From NCBI GenBank assembly GCA_040285745.1, contig JAUFOR010000006.1, positions 434,001-498,000 of the forward strand: DNA of 64,000 nt. The letters are read 5' to 3'. A model generated the notes under the pieces. It was not told where the DNA came from, did no database searches, and saw only the letters and a program-made list of their open reading frames with translations. The position numbers were made by a program, and so were the translations under genes. This document shows, piece after piece, positions 20,005-28,857 of the stretch. Positions within the stretch are counted from its first letter, which is position 1; every line of letters begins with the position of its first letter. Origin of the DNA: Barthelona sp. PCE (lineage: Eukaryota).

Positions 20005-21303
20005 TTATTCGAGATTGATAACGACTGGCTTTGCTGTTGGGGTATTACCATTCATCGCATCTATCATTACAAAAACACCCGTATCATAGTGGGGTACTCC
20101 TACATATAACACATCATCCCTTGTTATGATGGACGCATCTGTTGCATCACCGACCAGGCAAAACAGGACAACATTTACCGCCTCCGATAGCACAAAGGGA
20201 TCATGCTCCATTGGGGAGACGTCGACTGCATGTGGAGTTGGTAAAGCTAGATGGCGGTAACCATACATCAACTCTGCTAAATGCAGCGGTTTCTTGTATG
20301 TAATTCTGACTGATTCACTGATGACATCATCGGGGATCGCACCGAACTTAACTCCATTAATGTTAAATACTGATGGTGATGTGAACCTATGTATGGTTAG
20401 CATTCTTGCAGAGTTCTGTAACAACAAGGGCCTGATTGGCTTCCTGGGCAGTGAAGCATCTGTCGGGTCACTCATACCGGGGACGACAATGACATCCACT
20501 ATGGTTCCAAGTTCACATAACAAGACGTCAATCAAATTCGTGTAATGCATCTGTTCTCCTTGCACATACATCTGCTCGGGGACAATGGGCGGCTGCAGCA
20601 GGGAACCAATTAGAATGATTGCCGAAACACGTTTTCCTTGAGGAGTAAACTTCAGAAAATCACGTAAAATACAAAAATTCTTGAGATCTTTCTTCTCGTC
20701 CACAAATACATTAGCGATACATAAAACACTGGTCCGCTCAGTGGTGTACTCAAGCGACGGGGGCAGGAGAGCTGGGGGACGGAACACTTGTTCGATCATA
20801 AATTTAGTCTCGTTGGTGGGAATGTAGCCAATGAGACCAACGCATGCTCCTAGGACGAAGAAATCTTCAAGAGGGGGGAGCTTTCCCTCGTCCAATGCGT
20901 GCTTGTGTACCTGGATGGGGATACGACCACTTTCATCCTCGAAAAAAAAGGTTTGTTCTTCTTTCTCTACTTCCATTTTCTCAACAAGGCGTGCAGGTCG
21001 AATGTCACCATACTCCTCAAAGCGCTCGATGAAATCGTCATAATTGTTGTTGATGTAAAAAGAACCAAAAACACCACAGCGAACGTGTGAACAATCCAAA
21101 ACACGTTTCACAACCTTTGTACGACGTTCATATGCATTACACGCTGCTTCCAAGGATGGCTTGATCATCTCTCTGAACTGATCAAGGCGGCTTTTAATGA
21201 ATTTGAGTATGTTAAGATCTTCTGTAGGTTTACCCAAAAACTGTTGAAAGTTTGTCGATATCTCGACTGGTTCTCTGAATGTCTTTCCAGTTACGGCCGT
21301 CAT
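20005..21303 (-). CDS. POLD2: DNA polymerase delta small subunit (B subunit)
   Basis: FEDESGRI, VPG.SDPT..SLPRKP, HLA.PTP, DPFV motifs. Confidence 0.85.
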   Translation of the reverse strand: MTAVTGKTFREPVEISTNFQQFLGKPTEDLNILKFIKSRLDQFREMIKPSLEAACNAYERRTKVVKRVLDCSHVRCGVFGSFYINNNYDDFIERFEEYGDIRPARLVEKMEVEKEEQTFFFEDESGRIPIQVHKHALDEGKLPPLEDFFVLGACVGLIGYIPTNETKFMIEQVFRPPALLPPSLEYTTERTSVLCIANVFVDEKKDLKNFCILRDFLKFTPQGKRVSAIILIGSLLQPPIVPEQMYVQGEQMHYTNLIDVLLCELGTIVDVIVVPGMSDPTDASLPRKPIRPLLLQNSARMLTIHRFTSPSVFNINGVKFGAIPDDVISESVRITYKKPLHLAELMYGYRHLALPTPHAVDVSPMEHDPFVLSEAVNVVLFCLVGDATDASIITRDDVLYVGVPHYDTGVFVMIDAMNGNTPTAKPVVINLE

Positions 21304-21376
21304 ACTGAATTAAAAAGTTAATACTTTGTAAATGGAAGATAAAAGAAAATACGAAACTCATCATCTATTTTTCAGT

Positions 21377-22288
21377 TTACTGAATATTAAAAAACTCCTT
21401 TGTTGTGTCATAACAGACACCTGCTAAATCAGAACACTTCATTCCCATAAGTTGACTGACTACCTCAGCCACCTGAATGATTTTGCAAGGTTCATTTCGA
21501 TTCTTAACAAGATAGCCCTTCTGCCATCTGTCATATCTCTTTGTGTTGAATTTTGTATGAACGAATTGGTGAGAATAATGACTTTTCTTGATTTCGCAGA
21601 ACCGGCAATCTGTTTCAAGCATAATGTGGCTTGCATCCATCTGCCGAACGACGTCACAGTTTTCTTCTGTCTTGAGACTGCAACCATTCAATGAAATAAA
21701 CATACCCAGCTCAACAACTTCTTCATATTCTTCTATTGAACCTGTGAATGAATGTACTACACCCTTTGTCACACCGCTACGCTCGATGCCGCGGCGTAAA
21801 CTGTCAATAAAATCATTATGACAATTCCGACTGTGTAAAAACATTGGCAGTTTTAATTGCTCAGCCAACCCAAATTGAAAGTCGAAAATCCTTTTCTGCG
21901 TTTCTTCATCAGCAAAAAACAACCTATCATAATCTAATCCAAATTCACCAATTGCAGAAAATTTTTGGGGGCATGTCTCATAAAGGTCAACCATCTCCCC
22001 AAAGTACTGTTCTGCGTTTTTCACCTCTGATGAACGTGTTGGGTGACATCCAATAGTGGTTGTCATATTCTCATGATCCTTAACTAGATCTACAGCACTC
22101 TTCAAGTCTTTCAAACATCCGGATGTGATTATCAGATGTGTAACATCGTATTTTGGTTGAACACAACGATCCAGCATATCTTGAAAGTCGTCTGGATGGC
22201 GGCGGCGACCATGAGGTCCAATTCCATGGAATTGGGGGTCGCAAAGGTTTGCACCGATATCAATGAACTTCATTCTCTCATCTGACAT
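21377..22288 (-). CDS. TatD family DNase (TATDN1-like)
   Basis: IDIGANL, GCHPTR, AIGEFGLDYDRL, FLHSR, VVHSFTG, NGCSLKT, ETD, RNEP. Confidence 0.93.
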   Translation of the reverse strand: MSDERMKFIDIGANLCDPQFHGIGPHGRRRHPDDFQDMLDRCVQPKYDVTHLIITSGCLKDLKSAVDLVKDHENMTTTIGCHPTRSSEVKNAEQYFGEMVDLYETCPQKFSAIGEFGLDYDRLFFADEETQKRIFDFQFGLAEQLKLPMFLHSRNCHNDFIDSLRRGIERSGVTKGVVHSFTGSIEEYEEVVELGMFISLNGCSLKTEENCDVVRQMDASHIMLETDCRFCEIKKSHYSHQFVHTKFNTKRYDRWQKGYLVKNRNEPCKIIQVAEVVSQLMGMKCSDLAGVCYDTTKEFFNIQ

Positions 22289-22688
22289 TGTTAAATATTG
22301 CTTAACGTATTAAAAAAATTGTTTACGCACAAACAGGTTCTCAAAAATCACATTTTTAAAGACTGCCAATTTTGATGTTGTCACCCAAATTCAACCCATT
22401 AAATGACAAAATGACTCCACAAAAAATGACAAACATTGTGATTCAAAAAAATTGCGTTGTAGACATTTACAAGCTAAATAAGTGCTTATCCAAAATAAAA
22501 CAGATTCAACCAATATAAATGCAGTGTAACATGAAATAGGAAAAAGAAATAGAAAGAATCGCTAAAGTCATAATTCAGGAAAATACTCCGTTAAAGTCAC
22601 AATCCATACCCATTGAGTCCCGTTTCCATGTCTCAAAAAATCACAAAACTCGATTTACAACTTTTAACCTTCTCATCTCGCACAAACA

Positions 22689-25202
22689 ATGGCAAGCCTT
22701 CCAATGAGAGGTCTCCACAACTACATTGTGGAGATCAGACGTGCCCCAAACAAGCAGTCCGTCCGTGCAAGGATCCAAAAGGAGTTAGCGCATATTCGCG
22801 ATAAATTCAGCGCTAAGAGGATTTCTCGATACGATATGCGTAAGTATGTGTGCAAGCTAATGTATACATACTTGCTCGGTGAAGATATTGATCTTGGACA
22901 CATTCAAATTACAAATTTAATGGCCTCTACTGAGTTTGCCGATAAACAAATCGGTTACCTCGCATGTGAGCTCCTGTTTGAGGGTCGCTCTGATCTTGTT
23001 TTGCTCGTAACTGAGCAGATGAGGGCTGATATCATGTCAGATGATGAGCTCTTCCAATCTCTCGCTCTCTCAGCAGCAGGCACAATCGGTGACGAGACGA
23101 CCGCCGACGTGCTCACCCCAGTTCTTTGCGATCTCCTTTTAAAGAAGAAGAGTCTCCCTGATATGGTTGTCAAGAAAATTTCATTATGCTTATTACGTTT
23201 CTTTCAAATCAACAATACCTTCTTTGACCTCGATGCGTTCGGTGAGCGCTTCCCGTTCCTCATTTCCCGCGCTTCTCCATCAGGTCTCATGGGCCTCATC
23301 AGTTTGCTAACAACGATAGCCGCAGATGATCCAACCATGTTTGAACATCTCGTCATCGATGTCATCGGGGTTCTGAGCGATGTCCTCGACAAAAAGCTCA
23401 GCTCATCATATATCTACCACCGTGTACCAGCCCCATGGTTACAATACGTTTGTCTTCGTTTTCTGTCATTGTACACCACTTTCGAAGACTCTGCTGTTAA
23501 GGGTCATGTTGAACGTATCCTTACTACAATCCTAGCAACACACACTGACCTTGCAGAGAAAAACAAGAATACAAGTTATGGTATCATCTTTAGTGCCATC
23601 AATATTGTGATCAATTTAGCAAAGTACGATGTTTCGAGGAACTTACAGAACCAATCAATCACACTCCTCAGCAAGTATCTCCGCGCAAAGGCAAGCAATC
23701 TGCGCATGATGGGTATTAAAGGACTGAGGTTATTCGTCAGAGAATGTAATGTTCATAGTGAGGTAGAAGCCTCTTTCGACGATTTATTCGAACTGTTGCA
23801 TGGAGACGATCCGGTGCTTGTCAAGAGTGCTGTTGGCCTTATCTATGAGGCCACAACTTCAAGGAACGTAACTAAGAGTATCTCTGTTTTACACAAATTC
23901 ATATTAGAAGAAGACTGTTCCACTGCAATCAAAAAGGACATTGCATTTAAGCTGACAGCAATGGCCGAGACACACGTCCCGCCGCTTGTATACCTCGACA
24001 CCATCTTCGATCTGATTACCCACAAGAAAATTGGTGATTTATTACCAGAAAGCGTATATCACCGCCTCATCGTCATTGTGAGCAACACACCAGCCCTCCA
24101 GACGCGTATTCTCACATACTGTGTCAAGCTACTGCAGCGCCCTGAGCTGAACGAGATGAGTCTTAAACTCTCATCGTTTGTTATTGGAGAATTTGGCGAT
24201 GAAACCGTGTCTGCCTCATCAGTACTTGAAAGCTTCGAAAAACAGCTTACCACTACACTTTCAGATTCTACTATTGTTTCTGTTTTGATTTCATTGGCAA
24301 AGATGCTTACTTGGTCGCATGATAACATTTCTGATCGCGTTACAAAGAAAATCGCTGAGTATTTAGACCACCCTAGTATCAACGTCCAGCAAACAGCAAA
24401 CGAGGTACACGTTGTTCTGACAAAGGCTCCTGAATTAATCGGTGTGTTGTTCGACAGTATCCCTGAACTTGACATGTCCCTTCTTGAGTTGGAGAAGAGC
24501 GAGGTCGCCGTGACAGAGCGTGACATGGAGAAGCAATGCATGTCAATTATCAAGAAGGGAGAAGGATCCCTGTATAACAACAAAAACATTGGTGTTGAGG
24601 CGAAGGTTATGTTTAGCGGCACAGAATGTCGTTTAGCACTCACCATCATGAACCTAAGCGCAGTTGATCTCACTGATTTCGAGGCTGGGTTCTCATCTAA
24701 TGATAGCGTAACGCTCCGGTTCTACAACACACCTGAAACTTCAATTACAGTGGGTGAGAGTATACAGGTGCTTATTGTTGGTTCGGTGAAGAGCGTAATC
24801 ACCAAGGCACCGATGCTTGGCATTCGTTATGTTGTTGATGGGGAAGCAGCGTTCGAAACCATCATGCTTCCAGTGCTCATGACACCCTTCATCGCCCCAT
24901 CCACCCTGAAGGAGAGCACGTTTGAAGTTGCTTTCCCGCAGGCTAACTTGCGTAGTGAACAGCAGTACACATGCACTGAAACTCAGTTTGAGGACTGGAA
25001 GAAAATTGTTACAGATGATTGGCAGATCATTTCCGGTGCGGACAAGGGTGATATGGACCTGAAAATGGGTGCTATTGTATCTTTTGATGGTCGTTCCGCC
25101 GGTGTATTGGCTAAAGCTATGTTTGCTGATGATAAGCTTATTTTTGAAGTTAAGTCGAGAGACGAAATCGCCCTCCAGGTCGTAAATTGTCTCCATTTCT
25201 AG
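22689..25202 (+). CDS. AP2A: AP-2 complex alpha adaptin
   Basis: MRGLHNYI.EIR, KYVCKLMY.YLLG, KQIGYL, Y.YH.VPAPWLQ; C-terminal ear domain. Confidence 0.9.
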   Translation: MASLPMRGLHNYIVEIRRAPNKQSVRARIQKELAHIRDKFSAKRISRYDMRKYVCKLMYTYLLGEDIDLGHIQITNLMASTEFADKQIGYLACELLFEGRSDLVLLVTEQMRADIMSDDELFQSLALSAAGTIGDETTADVLTPVLCDLLLKKKSLPDMVVKKISLCLLRFFQINNTFFDLDAFGERFPFLISRASPSGLMGLISLLTTIAADDPTMFEHLVIDVIGVLSDVLDKKLSSSYIYHRVPAPWLQYVCLRFLSLYTTFEDSAVKGHVERILTTILATHTDLAEKNKNTSYGIIFSAINIVINLAKYDVSRNLQNQSITLLSKYLRAKASNLRMMGIKGLRLFVRECNVHSEVEASFDDLFELLHGDDPVLVKSAVGLIYEATTSRNVTKSISVLHKFILEEDCSTAIKKDIAFKLTAMAETHVPPLVYLDTIFDLITHKKIGDLLPESVYHRLIVIVSNTPALQTRILTYCVKLLQRPELNEMSLKLSSFVIGEFGDETVSASSVLESFEKQLTTTLSDSTIVSVLISLAKMLTWSHDNISDRVTKKIAEYLDHPSINVQQTANEVHVVLTKAPELIGVLFDSIPELDMSLLELEKSEVAVTERDMEKQCMSIIKKGEGSLYNNKNIGVEAKVMFSGTECRLALTIMNLSAVDLTDFEAGFSSNDSVTLRFYNTPETSITVGESIQVLIVGSVKSVITKAPMLGIRYVVDGEAAFETIMLPVLMTPFIAPSTLKESTFEVAFPQANLRSEQQYTCTETQFEDWKKIVTDDWQIISGADKGDMDLKMGAIVSFDGRSAGVLAKAMFADDKLIFEVKSRDEIALQVVNCLHF

Positions 25203-25382
25203 TGTTCCATAAGTAAAGAAATTTTGTTTTTAGGTTTAAAAAATCATCAAGCTCCATACTGTTTTGAAGCAACACATGTGGCACACCAATATGAGTTACT
25301 AATGGAATGGTTAAAATGCTAAACCATATCGTCTGTTTGCATTGTATTATTTTATTCATTCTTTTTACAAGCAATTTTCAGT

Positions 25383-27437
25383 ATGGTTACGGTAACTGAG
25401 GCAAAAGAGGGTGTTGAAGGTGTTGTTTCTGATGAACAACAATGCAAATGCATTTACGGTGTTTTGAGTAGTATTTTGGTTTTGAACAACGGGCACACAT
25501 CGTTAACCAACATGAATACGAAAGATTTTTGCGCAACCAAACCCATTGTATCCACAATTCACAAGCAGCGGCAAAATTCATTTTATGGGAATTTTTCTTG
25601 TTATGTTGATTGGAATGATGGAGGTGCGAATTGGAACGACCCACCGGGTTTCGTAATCACAAGAACAAACATCGAAACAGGTAAACATCACCATGAAGAG
25701 TACGAATGGAGATTTCCAATAACATTAGAAACATTCAGCGATGAAACAGTTCACGTGATTGACGACAACCATGTTCTGCTCTGTTCAGAAGATGAGGATG
25801 AGGACGGAAACATAATTGACATATGTTATCTTGTACATCTAGGTAGCTGGGAATACCGCCGTCTTGATGATATTTTTATCCATATTAACTGTGGTTTTTT
25901 GATCGTGGCTCTTCATTCTGAGGATTGTCAAAACCTTTATATCTGTTCAGAATTCAATCCTCACAATGATAACCCTTTTGAGTTATTATTGCTTGAAGGT
26001 GTACACAGTGATGTGGAAATGGTGCCTCTACACAACGTCAATGCAATGTGCTTCTTTGAATTAAATGAATGTGACCTTGTTAATCTTTGGGTTTGTAATG
26101 GTAATACTATGCATAACTGTATGATAGATTACCCATTACTTTGTGACTTTAAATTGCATCAACAGCCTTCCGCGATATATCTGTGGGAGATGACATCTGA
26201 AAGATTGTCGATGTCATTCAGTACAGGTTCGTATGTGAAAACAATCACAATCAATAATGATCATAATTCTTACAACATCAATTATGGATATTTTGATTAT
26301 CAAATGATGGATGTTTTTCCAGTGGAGCAGTTAGAACTTCCGTTCTTATACAACAATGGTGATTTATCAGAATTTGTTTATCTATGCAGACCCTCTGAAG
26401 TTCTATTTGGTGTGTGGAATCAGTCTGCAACCAAAATCTTACCAAATTCTGTCTTAGCACACAAAAGTGATATGCATGAAAAGCAAGAGATTTTTTTTGA
26501 TTTTATTCAAAATAGAATTGTTGTGCTACATGGTCAGAACTTGATTATTGGACCCACAGCCATCATTCACAACCGTGCAGTGATTCCACCATCTGATTCA
26601 TCTGATTTGACTGTGTTTGTGGACGTTATTACTGAAAACCGAACTTCGTCGTATAGTATACAGTGGGTAGATGGCACAATAGCATCATGTGTGGACATCA
26701 CCATTGCGTCAACTGCAAAATTGAAGGGTTCAATTTTTGAAAAACCATTTTTTGTGGATGAAACTAATAACATGTTTTTTGTTGGTGATAGAACACAGTT
26801 CATGATGATAAATGGCCCTGTAACGCATTTTTGCGGAATGGCACACACTCTCGCTGTATTGACAAATGTTGAGTTAAAACTTGTTTTTTTTTCTAATGAT
26901 TCACAAATGATTAACGCTTTGACAATTTCTATTGAAAATGGAATCAAATGCTACGTTAGTCCTTACCGAGATGGAAACTTACAGTTAGTGTGCGTTGCAC
27001 ACTATGAGAAACTACCCAACTCAGAAGAGTGCTGGCAAAAGTACGAATTGTTTTGTATTGATACAGAGATGGCATCAATCGTTGATAGATTTGTCCTAAA
27101 TGAGCCTAATGATTACTCGAAGTGTATGTCATACTACCTAAATGCATGGACTGTTGGTGTTCATGAAGGTAGTTTAGAATTTGAGCTTCTCAACGGTAAT
27201 TTACAGATTAAAAAAACCAACATGCATCAGCGTGTATCGTACTGCTCATACGATCTACCTCCTAATATACGTTGGACTTCATTACCATTCAGCAATGATG
27301 ATTCTAGTTGTTTTGAGATAAAAAAAATTTGGTTTGATGGAGATAAGTTCGTTACTGTTGAGCATAATGTTTATAATGTTGAAGAATTTATACAACATGC
27401 TGAAATCGTGCATTTATACTTACCTACCTTTGAATAA
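25383..27437 (+). CDS. Hypothetical protein, 684 aa, beta-rich
   Basis: Long uninterrupted ATG-initiated ORF; no recognised motif. Confidence 0.7.
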   Translation: MVTVTEAKEGVEGVVSDEQQCKCIYGVLSSILVLNNGHTSLTNMNTKDFCATKPIVSTIHKQRQNSFYGNFSCYVDWNDGGANWNDPPGFVITRTNIETGKHHHEEYEWRFPITLETFSDETVHVIDDNHVLLCSEDEDEDGNIIDICYLVHLGSWEYRRLDDIFIHINCGFLIVALHSEDCQNLYICSEFNPHNDNPFELLLLEGVHSDVEMVPLHNVNAMCFFELNECDLVNLWVCNGNTMHNCMIDYPLLCDFKLHQQPSAIYLWEMTSERLSMSFSTGSYVKTITINNDHNSYNINYGYFDYQMMDVFPVEQLELPFLYNNGDLSEFVYLCRPSEVLFGVWNQSATKILPNSVLAHKSDMHEKQEIFFDFIQNRIVVLHGQNLIIGPTAIIHNRAVIPPSDSSDLTVFVDVITENRTSSYSIQWVDGTIASCVDITIASTAKLKGSIFEKPFFVDETNNMFFVGDRTQFMMINGPVTHFCGMAHTLAVLTNVELKLVFFSNDSQMINALTISIENGIKCYVSPYRDGNLQLVCVAHYEKLPNSEECWQKYELFCIDTEMASIVDRFVLNEPNDYSKCMSYYLNAWTVGVHEGSLEFELLNGNLQIKKTNMHQRVSYCSYDLPPNIRWTSLPFSNDDSSCFEIKKIWFDGDKFVTVEHNVYNVEEFIQHAEIVHLYLPTFE

Positions 27438-27450
27438 ATACGTTTTTTGA

Positions 27451-28548
27451 TCAATCTGCATCAATTTGTTCCTTCATACATGCGCGGGTTCGATGCTCCA
27501 GAAGGGAGAAACGAGCTATGAGCTGATTACCAAATCTTTCTTGTAAATAATACACATACATACTCCTTACCACTCGGGACCAGTTGCTGCGCCATGCCCT
27601 CTTCCCCTCTGAACATAACAAGCACACGATACCAACCATATCTGTGAGTGAGCAGTCTTGAACATCAGAATTTAACAACTGGCTTGCTGGAACACATGCA
27701 TCGAACTGGAGAAAGTCTGGAAAGCGTACGTTGGAAAAGAGATGTACGTATTCAAGAATTAAACTCCCAATGAAATCTTCAAAATCTATTAAAGAACCTA
27801 AATGATTTTTTGCTCTTTTCAAACTGATCTCTGTACATAATGAGGGCAACACCGTGATAGTGTTTGATGACACCTCGTCTAATTCCACATCGGAACATAA
27901 ACAGAGACATTTAAGCTTTTGTACTTTTTCCCTCTCTGTTACATAGATTGGGATGTTAGGATCGACGAGAAACACTTCCTTACAACTGGTGCTTAGTAAA
28001 AGCGGGACGTCTAGCACTTTTGCGTAGTGCATTGCAATGAAAAAGCATGGATTATACATGATTGGCTGCGTCTCAATATAACAACATACGTAATATGGAA
28101 TATTTTGGATTTCCTTCACGTTACGGCTCCAATACAAGATCTTATGCTGTCTCAATGGCTTGAAATTACTAAAAAAATTTATCCTTGTTGCTAGTGAAAA
28201 TGAACCACGTACTACTACATTTTGTGAGTCAATGATCGTGAATGGAAGACGTGTCGTTCCTTCATCTATCCCAACCATGTCTTCACAATCAGAGCAATCC
28301 TCATCTTTCTCCTCGGAAGTGTTATCTGAGATAACATACTGCATACTTTGGAGTTTATGAGTCAAAAGTTCCTTCAACCCACTTGATGGTGCAATTTCTC
28401 CACCAGAAACAATGTAAAACGCATCATCCTCATCCTTAGGTACGACAACGGACCCATTAAAACCTGTTGCCTTACGTACTGAAATCAGACGCTCAGCGTA
28501 GATGCGCAGGTGTTGCGGAATTTCCTCCAAATCAATTTTGCCCCACAC
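27451..28548 (-). CDS. Hypothetical protein with weak photolyase-N-terminus-like segment; start uncertain
   Basis: 365-codon ORF opening at GTG; first in-frame ATG is codon 69. Confidence 0.55.
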   Translation of the reverse strand: MWGKIDLEEIPQHLRIYAERLISVRKATGFNGSVVVPKDEDDAFYIVSGGEIAPSSGLKELLTHKLQSMQYVISDNTSEEKDEDCSDCEDMVGIDEGTTRLPFTIIDSQNVVVRGSFSLATRINFFSNFKPLRQHKILYWSRNVKEIQNIPYYVCCYIETQPIMYNPCFFIAMHYAKVLDVPLLLSTSCKEVFLVDPNIPIYVTEREKVQKLKCLCLCSDVELDEVSSNTITVLPSLCTEISLKRAKNHLGSLIDFEDFIGSLILEYVHLFSNVRFPDFLQFDACVPASQLLNSDVQDCSLTDMVGIVCLLCSEGKRAWRSNWSRVVRSMYVYYLQERFGNQLIARFSLLEHRTRACMKEQIDAD

Positions 28549-28857
28549 AAAGAAGTGAAAAAATTAGAAAACGAGTTTAAGTTTTCATTCTATCAATATG
28601 ATAATTTTCGCACCGAAAATCTGAGTTATTTAGATACTGCCCTGTATTAAACATCTTTAATATGCACAATTGCGATATTAATATCCTGAGCCCAAATTGT
28701 ATAGTTTCACTCGTAAATTTGAGTTTTGACCATCCACAACGGATTTAATCCCATAATAACCCCCAAAAAAACCCTGAAAAATAAGTAAAATCCGCTGTGG
28801 CATTGAGTGGCCCTTGCATTTTTGTTTCTTCGTTCTTTCATTTAGTATATATTAACA

